Shown piece by piece: positions 23,611 through 35,229 of a stretch of DNA of 64,000 nucleotides. Location of the stretch: the NCBI RefSeq assembly GCF_963921235.1, contig NC_086097.1, positions 129,148,001 through 129,212,000 on the forward strand, read 5' to 3'. Both the position numbers and the translations under genes were made by a program. Origin of the DNA: Mobula hypostoma. Taxonomy: Eukaryota. The notes under the pieces are model-generated. The model saw nothing but the letters and a program-made list of their open reading frames with translations, made no database searches and was not told the origin of the DNA. Within the stretch, counting starts at the first letter, position 1. Every line of letters begins with the position of its first letter.

Positions 23611-25552
23611 GGAGCTTGATATTGAATGCAAAAGGCTGTATTGTGCCCAGATAGATGTTCTTCATCATTATAGCAATGAAAGGGAGTTATGGTATTTGAA
23701 CACTCTGCATGTAGTTATTGTATGTAGAACAAACACAGGAGCGTACCACCACACAAGCTTCCTCCCATGTAGTCATTTGAAATTCCTCTTGTGATCATTT
23801 CTGTAATGCTGTTTAACATAGAGAGCTAAAATTACCTGTTAAAGCCATGGAGAGAGTCCAGCTTACCCTGATAAGTAATTTCCTACAATTATCCTGTAAC
23901 AGGTTTCAAATCTAAACAGCACAGGCCATCCTCACTGTCTAGCAAGGGAATAAAACCTAACCCAGGCTGAAGGAGGGCATGATCGAAATACAGGTCCACT
24001 CCAGGTTACAAAAGGCTGACGTATGTACAGCCCCACCTACGAGTGAGCGTTCTGGAGCAGGATGGATTTGCCAGCTTTATTGGGGCTCTAGGCATCTTCT
24101 GCTTGTCTCTGCCTTTCCAATTTGTATACTGGTCATACCCCTGCTATTACCTGAGCAGGACCTGTACAGCAAATTATAAGGGGCACAGATGGTCTTTAGT
24201 GAGAAACTTTTCCCGGTAAAGGAGGCCAAAGTGTGCGCATTTAAAGTGAGAAATTAGAGGGTTAGAGAGGATCTGAGGAAACTAATTTTCACCCAGAGAT
24301 GACTGCAGTCTGGGACACACTGCCTAAGCATGTGGTGGAGCTCGGAGGGCATTAAGTGGAGGTGGAACTTGAATGTTCTATGTTCTAAATACTCAGCAGG
24401 TCAGGCAGCATCTGTGGGATGAGAAACAGAGTTCAAATTTCAGGTTGAAGACTCTTCATCTGATTCTTTATTAATTTTGTTTCTCTTCCCTCAGATGCTG
24501 TTTGACCTGTTGAGTATTTTTAGCGTTTTCTGCTTTTGTCTTACATTTCCAGCAGTTGTATTTTTTGATCTTGTAGCATCCTGAAACAAAAGCATCTGGC
24601 TCAGCACAACTGACATTTATTCTCAGGATTGAGTTTTAACAGAGACAAAAACAACATGACATCCTCAAGCAAGCCTTTGGAGTTTCCCTGTCAGTTAAAA
24701 TTGAAAACTTTTAAGACTTATATGTCAACCAAATGTATCATTCAATGCTCATGAGACACTTCCTTTTCCTTCTACTGAAAGTGACAACAGAGTGTGGTTC
24801 TCAGCAATTCAAACCACCTTTTCTAACTTCCCCAAGATTATCCAAAAAAACGAGCTAAGAACCACCACACATCAAGTGTGCTGACAAGCTCCACAAATAC
24901 ACAGCAAAGATAGAATACTGCAGATGGTGCAAACATGAAATAAAGCACTGGCAACACTCAGTGAGTTGGGCAGTAGCCCTGGGGAGAGAAAAAGCGTTAA
25001 CATTTCTACGAATATCGAGTTTTGAGCTAGTGCGCAGGAAGGAGTAGAAATGGGAATGAAAAGGCGAAGAGAAATTAAATGTCATAACAAGAACTTGTCT
25101 TCATTCACCATCAAACCCGCAGATAAGGGGGATGCGGTAGTAGTCTGGCGCACTGACCATTACTTTGCTGAGGCCAGGCGACAACTCTCAGATACTTCCT
25201 CTTACCTGCCCCTTGAACAGGACCCCATTAAGGAGCACCAGGCCAGTATCACCCGCACCATCACTGATCTTATTAACTCTGGGGACTTCCATCCACCACC
25301 ACCAAATTCATAGTTCCCTTACCCTGTACCTCCCACCCAAGATCCATAAACCTACCTGTCCAGGTAGACCCATTGTTTCCACTTGTTCCTGCCCCACTGA
25401 ACTTATATCTGCATAGCCTGACCCTGCTTTATCGCCGCTAATTCAGTCCCTTCCTCCCTACATCTGTGACACTTCATACACCCTTGATCTTTTCGATGAC
25501 TTCAAATTCCCTGGCTCTGGTCATCTCATTTTCACTATGGATGTCCGGTCTC

Positions 25553-26140
25553 TGCCAGCGCGCACAGCCTCTCTGGTGAAGTGATATCATATTTATTAAA
25601 TAAGGTACTGTTCACAATTCTGATTTGATGGAGACAGCCGTGAGAAGCATGGAGGAACATCTGGAGAAACTTCTGAAATGCCCGGTTCGCTGCTGCTGCC
25701 ACTGTGCGATTGAGAATCTCCGGAGGGAAGGCCCCAAATCCTCGGTTTTGCCTGCTGCTGGCGGCCAGGGCTAGGGTCGAAGCGCTCGGCAGAGATGGTG
25801 CTTGGTGTCGGAGGCTCAAAGCTTTCGGATGACTCAGAGTCGGACTGTGGTCGGGCATGGCAGGGAGAGTTTTTTTCCTTCTCCTGTCTGCGTGAGATGT
25901 GGGACTTTCGAGAGACTTTGACCTTTTTTTACCGTGCCCATTGCCTGTTCTTCATCAAGATATGGTATTGTTGCACTGTTGTAACTATATGTTATAATTA
26001 TGTGGTTTTTGTCAGTTTTTCCGTCTTGGTCTGTCCTGTGTTTCTGTGATATCACACCAGAGGAATATTGTATCATTTCTTAATACATGCACTACTAAAT
26101 GACAATAAAAGAGGACTGCATGTCCTCATAATCTAATCTA
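25553..26140 (+). mobile_element. About 590-bp non-coding retroposon with a (TAATC)n tail inserted into the Penelope RT
   Basis: RT codons ATG GAT GTC CGG TCT CT...A TAC are split by a CpG-rich unrelated segment ending ataatctaatcta. Confidence 0.85.
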
Positions 26141-27723
26141 TACATCTCCATCCCCCATCAGGAGGGCCTCAAAGCTCTCTGCTTCTTTCTGGACACCAGA
26201 CCCAATCTATTCCCCTCCACCACCACTTAGCTCCGTCTGTCGGAACTGGTCATCACTCTCAATAATTTCTCTTTTGGCTCCTCCCATTTCTGTCAAACAA
26301 AAGGTGTAGCCATGGGAACTCCCATGGGTCTCGGCTATGCCCGCCTTTTGTCGGCTACATGGAACATTCAAGTCTACACTCCCCAACTTTTCCTATGCTA
26401 CATCGACGACTGCATTGGTACTGCTTCTTGCACCCATGCCAAGCTTATCGACTTCATCCACTTTGCCTCCAACTTCCACCCTGTTCTGAAATTTAGCTGG
26501 TCCATTTCCGAATCCTCCTTCCCCTTTCTCAATCTCTCTGACTCTATTTCTGGAGACAGTTTATCTACTGATGTCTAGTACAATTCTCACAGCTACCTGG
26601 ACTATACCTCTTCCCACCCTGTCTCTTGTAAAACTGCCATCTCCTCCCCTCAGTTTCTCCATCTCCGCCACATCTGCTCTCAGGATGAAGCTTTTCATTC
26701 CAAAACTGAGATGTCCTCCTTTTTCAAAGAAAGGGGCTTTCCTTCCTCCATCATCAACATTGCTCTCACCCGCATCTCTTTCATTTCACGCACATCTGCC
26801 CTCACCCCGTCCATCAGCCACCCCACCACGGATGGGGCTCCTCCTTCTCACCTACCACCCCACCAGCCTCCGGGTCCTGCACATAATTCTCCATAACTTC
26901 CACCATCTTCAACGGGATCCCACCACCAAGCACATCTTTCCTTCCCCCCCGCCCACCAACTTTCTGCTTTCCGCAAGGATCGCTCCCTACGCGACTCCCT
27001 AGTCCATTCATCCCTTTCCACTGATCTCCCTCTTGGCACTTATCCTTGTAAGCGGAACAAGAGCTACACCTGTCCCGACACCTCCTCCCTCACTACAATT
27101 CAGAGCCCCAGACAGTCCTTCCACGTGAGACAAAACTTCACCTGTGAGTCTGCTGGGGTCATCCACTGTATTCGATGCTCCCGGTGTGACCTCCTGTATA
27201 TCAGTGAGACCCGACGTAGATTGGTAGACCACTTTGCAAGCACCTATGCTCCATCTGCCAGAGAAAGCCGGATCACCCAGTGGCCAGCCATTTCAATTCT
27301 ACATCCCATTCCAACATGCCAGTCCATTGCCTCCTCTACTGCCGCGATGAGACTACACTCAGGTTGGAGGAGCAACACCATATATTCCATCTGGATAGCC
27401 TACAACTTGATGGTATGAACATTTGTTTCTCGAACTTCTGGTGGTTGCCCACCCCACTTCAACATTCCCATTCCCCTCTCCCACCTAATCTCCTTACATC
27501 CCATCACCTCCCTCTTGCGTTCCTTCCCCTTCCCTTTCTTTCATAGTCTTCTGTCCTCTCCTATCAGATTCCCCCTTCTCCAGCCCTTTATCTCTTTCAC
27601 CAGTCGACTTCCCAGCTCTTTACTTCACCCCTCCCCCTTTCCCGGTTTTATCTATCACCTACCACTTCTCCCACCGCCCCCAACCCGCACCTTCTTACTC
27701 TTCTTCTCATAGCTTTTCTCTCC

Positions 27724-27760
27724 AGTGCTGACGAAGGGTCTTGGCCTGAAACGTGAACTG
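27724..27760 (+). ncRNA. Degenerate hammerhead ribozyme in a Penelope terminal repeat
   Basis: CTGACGA-AGGGTCTTGGCCT-GAAAC is intact, but the cleavage triplet is GTG (not NUH) and stem I is mismatched. Confidence 0.7.
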
Positions 27761-28150
27761 TTTACTCTTCCCCACGGATACTGCATGGCCTGCTGCATTC
27801 CCCCAGCATTTTGTGCATATTACTCTGATTCCAGCATCTGCAGATCTTCTCTTGTTTGTAATTCCTCTTCCTTTTCTCTTTCAGAATGGCCCAAAACCAT
27901 TTAGACACAATTACACTTTCATTTTAGCCTCTCAAAGTCCAACCTTAACTTCCCCGTCGTGAGAAGTGGAAATGGGTAAAGCCAGCCAACAGGACTCTGG
28001 TGAAGTTGTATAGTACAGTGGAAGCAATGGATTGCAGAAGCATTAATGAACTCCAAACCTACCATCGACCTCAGAGGATAATGGAACCCGGTGGTCATCG
28101 ATGGTCCATACTCCACTGGGAGCTCAGGACCCAAGTAAGTAATACTTTCC

Positions 28151-28665
28151 TTACACAGAGAAGGTTGTACAGCCATTACACAGAGGAAGTTGTACAGTCA
28201 TTACACAGAAGAGGTTGTACAGCCATCACACAGAGGAGGTTGTACAGCCATTACACAGAGGAGGTTGTACAGCCATTACACAGGGGAGGTTGTACAGCCA
28301 TTACACAGGGGAGGTTTTACAGCCATTACACAGAGGAGGTTGTACAGTCATTACACAGAGGAGGTTGTACAGCAATTACACAGAGGAGGTTGTACAGTCA
28401 TTACACAGAGGAGGTTTACAGCCATTACACAGAGGAGGTTGTACAGTCATTACACAGAGGAGGTTTACAGCCATTACACAGAGGAGGTTGTACAGTCATT
28501 ACACAGGGGAGGTTTTACAGCCATTACACAGAGGAGGTTTACAGCCATTACACAGAGGAGGTTGTACAACAATTACACAGAGGAGGTTGTACAGTCATTA
28601 CACAGAGGAGGTTTACAGCCATTACACAGAGGAAGTTGTACAGCTATTACACAGAGGAGGTTGCA
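28151..28665. repeat. Minisatellite, about 21 units of 24-25 bp (TTACACAGAGGAGGTTGTACAGCCA)
   Basis: Directly visible tandem array with a few recurrent variants. Confidence 0.98.
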
Positions 28666-28686
28666 AGGGGACATCATTGAGGTATA

Positions 28687-29310
28687 TCAGAATCAGAATC
28701 AGGAGTAATATCACCAGCATGTCATGATATTTGTTGTTTTTGCAGCAGCAGTACACTGCAATACAGAATAATAAAAATGGTGAATTACAGTAAGTATATA
28801 TATTTTAAGTAGTTATATTAAATAAGTAGTGCAAAAAGAGTAAAGGTGTTTTCATGGGTTTAATGTCCATTCAGAAATCAGATGGCAGGGGGAAAGAAGC
28901 TATTCCTGAATTGTTGAGTGTGTGCCTTCAGTCTCCTATACCTCCTTCCTGATGGTAGCAGTGAGAACAAGGCATGTCCTGGGTCGTGGCAGTTTTTAAT
29001 GATGGCTGCTACCTTTCTGAGGCATTGATCCTTGAAGATGCCCTGGATGCTATGGAGGCTAGTGCCCATGATAGAGATGACAGGGTTCACAACTTTCTGC
29101 AGCCTCTTTTGATCCTGGGCAGTAGCAAACCCCCACCCACCCACCCACCCATAGCAGAAGGTGATGCAGCCAGATAGAATGGTCTCCATGGCACATCTGC
29201 AAAAATTTGTGAGTGTCTCTGGTGACAAACCAAACCAAATCTCCTCAAACTCCTAATGATACATAGCTGCTGTCATTCCTTCTCCGTAACTGCATCGATA
29301 TGTTCCTATC
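28687..29310 (-). mobile_element. Rex1/Babar-like LINE 3' fragment inserted in a plus-strand CR1 remnant
   Basis: NFCRCAMETILSGCITFCYG...GHALFSLLPSGRRYR...FRNSFFP; tail (cagaat)n. Confidence 0.9.
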
Positions 29311-29705
29311 AATAAAATCATAAGAGGTTATAGATAGCGTAGGCTGCAGCACACTGTTATCCAGATCAGAGGCGGATAAAACTGGAGAACACAGATTTTG
29401 GGTGAGGGCTGAAAGAAGTAACAGGAGTTTGAGAGTGACCTTTTTCACTAACAGTGATGAGTACTGGGGACACACAGCCTGAGGGAGAGGTGAAAAAAGG
29501 GCTACTGACAGCATTTAAGAAGAGTCCAGATGAGCACTGAAATCCCTTGGCATAGAAGGCAATGAGCCAAGTACTGGACAGTGAAATGAAACAGTCATTT
29601 ATTCATTCATTCATTTATTCATCACGAGCTGATTTACGATGATCAATTAACCCACTAACCAGGATATCTTTGGACTGTGGAAGGAAACCAAAGCATCCGA
29701 GGAAA

Positions 29706-29736
<31 letters not shown>

Positions 29737-30009
29737 TGGAAGAAACGTACAAACTTGTTTACAGAGGATGCTGGAATGGAATGACAAACTCCGACACCCC
29801 AAGCTGTAATAGTGTTGCACTAACCGCGACGTGACCGTGGTGTCCAAGGTGCTGAATGTGGGCCAAATGGCCTGTTTTGTGCTATATGACTCCGTGAGTC
29901 ATACAGTATATTTAAAGCACAAAACCCATTCATCGTTTGTGGGCAAGGAACTCCACAATAACAGCGTTGTGATAAAGATCACAGGGAGAGAGAGTAGTGA
30001 AGAAGGCGT

Positions 30010-30760
30010 TTAGCAGTTGGTTTTCATGAGTCAGGGGACTGAGTATAGAGGTTAAGATGGTCTTATGTAGTTGTACGTGACTTTAGTGAGGCCACACTTG
30101 GAATATTACACCCAGTTTTCTCACCATTAGATTGGCAAAAGTGTGGCCAAGATTTAGGAGGATGTTGTCAGGATTCAAGGGAAAGGTTGGGCAGGCTACA
30201 ACTTTATTCCTTGGGGTGTAAGAGACTAAAAGGTGACCTTACAGAGGTGCATAAATTCATAACGGGCATTGATTTTCAGGGTTGGGGTATCAAGAACCAG
30301 AGGAAATATGTTAAAGGTCAAAGAGAAAAGATTTAATAGGAAACTAAATGAAACGTGCCACTAAAACTAATGGCCCTAACATTTAAGAGAAGTTTGGATA
30401 GGTACGTGGATGATACAAGTATGGAGGGCCATGGTCCCAGTGCAGGTCCATGGGAGTAGGCAGTTTAAATGGTTTGGCACAGACTAAATGGGCGAAAGGG
30501 CCTGTTTCTGTGCTGTACTTTTCTATGACTCTAGGAATCTGAGGGTCAACTTTTACATGCAGAGGGTGGTACATTATTGGAACAGGTTAGTAGAGGAAGC
30601 AGTTAAGGCAGGTACAATAGCAACAATTAAAAGACACTCAGATAGGAAAGGTCTAGAGAGATATGAGAACAATGCAGGCATAAGGGGGCTGGTTAAATGG
30701 GCATCCTTGGTGACCTGTATGAGTGGGGCTGAAGGGCCTGTTTCCATGTTTTATGACTAA
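30010..30760 (+). mobile_element. Decayed CR1 3' fragments, one nested in another at about 30381-30530
   Basis: LVRPHLEY-type codons, QRVVHYWNRL, and tails tctatgact. Confidence 0.8.
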
Positions 30761-31929
30761 ATAATTGGCTTCAGTAATGATGCATCGGAGATAAATGCTG
30801 GTTCCAAGAGTGTTCTTCAAAATGGAGTTTCTTAACCTCACTTGGGAGGACATCCTTAACCTCAATTCAGTATCTCACCCAAAATGTCTCCAGTTCTATC
30901 AGCGCAGCACTCCAGACCGCACTGTAACCTCAACACAGATTTCTCCACCCCAGAGGCTGGACAGGACTTAAAAGAAAAGTTTCCTGCCTCAGATTTGCTA
31001 CCACCAGAGCCTAATTAGACCAGCAATCTTCAGTTCCAATGACACTTGTATGAGAGCTCATGCCAGTATCAAATACACACTTAGTGATGGCACTGCCTAT
31101 TTCCATCCACTTTGACATAACCTCCAACCTAAATAGTCTCTCAAACTTTGCATCAACTATTTTCCAGTCGAAGGAGGCAGGTGTTCCTCAATCTGCCACA
31201 GAACATTGTGTCTTCCTTGTGCAGGGGCCAGGGCACCCTCACTCATATTCCAACTTTAGCATACGCGTTGCTTACTCATTATCTCTGCTGACATCAGGAA
31301 ACTTCACTCACAGCTTCAGAAATGCCACAGGCTTCCAAAGTACACAGAGTTTGGTGAAACCAAAGCTGATGTTTTCTCCAGCATTTAATTGCCAAGGTAC
31401 TGTACTCATTCAGTGGGAGGCTCAGTGGTGACACCAGTGGTGGCTCTCAGTTATTGCAGGCACTGTCAGGGTCAAGGCTGGGCAATCAGGGTCAGCCAGG
31501 AACAATTTGTGTAGCATTCTCTCCCAATCTGCAGAGACACCACAGCTTACCAAGAACTCTCTGATGATCAACAAGTACACAGGCTCTGATTTTCCAGGGC
31601 TGGCTAAACCAAGATCCTGCTGTGGGAAGACACACGGCCATATAGACTGCTCTCTCAGTGATGTTCAAGTCCATACTGACTCTCAACATTCTCACCACAT
31701 GATCTTTCCAAGCAACCCCAGCAAATCCCCACCACATCGTTTAACTTGCTGCATCAGAAACACAATGGAGGCCACACACGTAAAGAGATTGTTTCATCTT
31801 CTTTGATCTCAGTAAGGAGGAAGTGACTTCACAGGTGGATCGACATTGCTGGTTATCCAGCAAGGCAACAACCCATTTACCACACCTCAGTAATCTGAAT
31901 CACTCCCTGAATGGAGACACCAGACTGGA

Positions 31930-32760
31930 ACCCAAAGCAATACATACAACGCTGCAGATCAAGCAGATTAGTGGAGGGAGACGGACAACTGATATTTTCG
32001 GTGAGACCCTTCATCTAGACTGAAGGATAGAGGAGACAAGGAAAGCATAAAGGGGTTGTGGGAATGGGTGGAGCAACAGCTGGCAGATACAGTGGGGTTA
32101 TAGGAAAATAGGGGTAGGAAGAGTGCAAGTTGTGCCAGAAACTGGAAACTGATTGGTGGAAGTAACAAAGAGCTGAAGGTGCTGGAATTTGACAGGAGAG
32201 GAAGGTGGGTTATGGCATAAAGGGAGAGAGGTCAAAAACGCAGAATGGCAACAGTAGGTCAGAGGAACGTGTCGGTGATGGGAAGATGGCGAAGGCGGAG
32301 GTGTGGTGAGAGATAGGGCGACGGGGCCAGTAGGAAAGAGAAAAGGAACAAAGGGGGAATAGTTACCAGAAGTTGGAGAATTTCATGTTACAGACTACCT
32401 ATACAAAATATAAGGTGTTGTTCCTCAAGTTTGAATTTAGCCTCAACTTGGCAATAGAGGAGGCCGAGAACAGATACGTCAGCATGAGCACGAGGAAGAG
32501 GATTAAAATGGCTGGCAGCCAGGAGATCCAAACGGGCATGGCAGACAGCAAAGATGCTTAGGGAAGCAGTTGCCCAGTTTGCATCTGACACCACCGACCG
32601 TAGAAGAAGCTACAATGGGAGCACAGTATGCAATCAGTAACACTGGAGGAAGTGCATATGAAGGTCTGGAAGGGCCATTTAGGGCCCTGGATCATGGTTA
32701 GGAAGAAGGTACAGAGGTAGGTGTTACACCTCTTGCGGTTACATGAACGAGTGCTGTTCC
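31930..32760 (-). mobile_element. Penelope-like element 3' fragment (GIY-YIG remnant plus terminal repeat)
   Basis: ORF 32388..32594 has ASHFN...GLLYC..EA..KLEEQHLIF.IGSL. An older copy is at about 61290-61890(-). Confidence 0.85.
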
Positions 32761-35229
32761 GGCTTTTATTTTGAAATATAGCCATGCCGACTTTAATTCC
32801 AATACTGCTGCCGCCTTTAAATTTGAAATTCAGTTGGACCATGTGAGGATAGCAGCCATTTTGCTTTGGTGGCATTTTTCAGTCAGAATGAAACACATTT
32901 ACACAATCCTGTTTTGTCTTTCCTTTGTTGATGCCATCATAAGTCATCATCTGCAAGTATTGACTTAGTTCATAATGGAAAATGGTTTCTGAGCAATATT
33001 TTGTGTTAATATTACATAAAGTTTATTCCCGATTATTGGTATAGTGTTTGATCAGCCTTGGTAATTTAATGAATGTTTACATTATATTAATCTTGTCACA
33101 TACTTTAAAACTTTGTTTACTCATGGTGTGTATAATTTTGGATATTTTATATATAATTCTAGCTTCATATATTCCAATGGAAATGAATAAGCATACAACA
33201 TTTTGGGCAAAGACCCTTCTTGCGTCCTGAAGAAGAGTCTCGGCCAGAAACATCAACTGTTTACTCTTTTCCAGAGATGCTGCCTGGCCTGTTGAGATCC
33301 TCAGAATATTGTGTGTTTTGCTTTGGATTTCCAGCAGCTGCAGACTTTCTCATGTTCATATATTCCTAATTTCTTATGAATATTTGATTTAATTGTCATA
33401 AGTTTGCTGCATTAAGTACTTACAGTATTTTTTTAGTTCCTTCTCGGTTTTATTCTTACTCAATTGTATATGCATGCCGCCCAGAGTTGTATGCTACATC
33501 CTGACCCTTGTGTTCAGTTGAGTGAAGCAGTTTAATCACGTACAAGTGTTTTTATACTGGCTATCTCCTTTTAGTCCAGATGAAAGGTCTCAACTCAAAT
33601 GACTGACTATCCACTCCCTTACTGTGTGTGTCACCATGGATATTAGATGCCTGTTTAGCAGTTCCAATCCACAATAGCACAATAGAGAGTGATCTACAGA
33701 GAGTCATGGAAACAGCTTGGTCTATGATAGGCACAGCCTCCTCGCCACTAACTGCTGTAGATAGCAGGCACAGCCTCAAGACGGCGGCATCAGTCTTCAA
33801 AGAGCCCCATCCTCTGGGCCCTGCCCTCCTCTTGTACCTTTCTATAACCATCAGGTTCCTGAAGCAACCTGCACAACCTTAAATCTAACCACCCACCGTC
33901 CGTCCCCCACCCCCCTTCAGCAATGGAACACCACAGTCCACCTCGTGCACTATCCTGGCCTTGTCTCTTTTTCTGCAACAATGTCTTGTTTTGGACCATG
34001 TCCTTCCTCTCTCCTCACTGTCTTGTATAATTTATGCATAAACTGTTTTGTGTGTTGTACCTTTGTGAGTTGATGCTGCTGCAGTAAATCCTTCACTGTA
34101 TCTGCACATCACCATACTCGTGTATGATTTGCCTCTAGTTTGGTCAGAGACATGTCTATATTTTGTTGTGGTGCCAGACTGACAGTTACAAAGAATAGTG
34201 TGCAGCTTCTATGGAGATGAATTCCCATTTTTCCAAGAGTTCAGCACATTTACATGTGTAGGGGTTCTATCAAATCTCAGATGTCTTCGGAGCTAGATTA
34301 GTTTCATTGCTTTGTCGGAATGGTTTCAAAGTAGGACGTAAGTTCCCATATTGTCTAGGAAAACCAATGAACTGCCTAAGCATTACATAACCTCAACGTG
34401 ACATAGTATATGAGTCGAGCACCACAAAGTGTCAAGCCCAAGGGGTCTTACATAGTACCATTCTGAAATCATATCAAAGCTGCCTCTGCACTGGCACTGT
34501 CACTTTTCACAAGCCCAGAACGCTAAATGTAAAAACACATTCTGGGACTGCCAAGGAATGATGTGGCACGTAATCAATGCACCTTTCCTGTGGCAATATT
34601 TAACATGGCACACTGCTAACTCTGACATACCTGCTACTAATCCCTCAGAAATGCATTTCTGCTGCTGAGAATCAGGTTTACAACAAAAAAGTATTTACTA
34701 TAAAGAGGAAATAACAATAACAGCAAAGACCCTGACAGTAACAAACAATCTGCTGAAGGAATTCAGCAGATCGAGCAGCATCTGTGCTGGGGGAAGGAAA
34801 TGCTGCATCAGGACTGGAAGATTCCTTTCTGCCCAACAAATTCAGCTTGACCCACTGAATTCCACCAGCAGATTATTTTTCTGCTTCGAATTCCAGCAAC
34901 AGCAGTCTCCCGTGTCTCCAAAGGCCCCGGCAGATTAGCGTAAATGTGTGAAATCGTCGACAGCCTCGGGTCAATGGAAACAAAGGTGTAGAGAGAAGTA
35001 AAACTGGCAGGTGTTACTTTTGCACGTGTTTTGCACCAGCTTTGTGAGGACACCATCTTCCAGCATTGCTGTGCAGTGTAGAAGCTTTTATTTTTACCCC
35101 CAAAAAACTATATTCATAATAAAAATATTTACAAGAATAAACCATGTAATGCCTTTTTATTCTTACATTTGTAGACAATCTGTTTAGTGTTAAATTACAT
35201 TGCTTGCAACCAATAAGACTGTTGCCACT

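Larger units (their letters stand above)
25095..27860 (+). mobile_element. Penelope-like retroelement (RT plus GIY-YIG endonuclease pseudogene and 3' terminal repeat)
   Basis: TIKPADKG.AVVVW, PKIHKP.CPGRPIVS, FTMDV.SL/YTSIPH, GVAMGT.MG, YIDD and GVIHCIRCSRCDLLYISETRRRL motifs. Multiple stops and frameshifts. Confidence 0.95.

Noticed and set aside
28000..28727. Three overlapping 170-226 aa ORFs with repeated peptides; also a superficially CRISPR-like array
   Set aside because: Artefact of a stop-free 24-25 bp minisatellite. There are no unique spacers and the context is eukaryotic.
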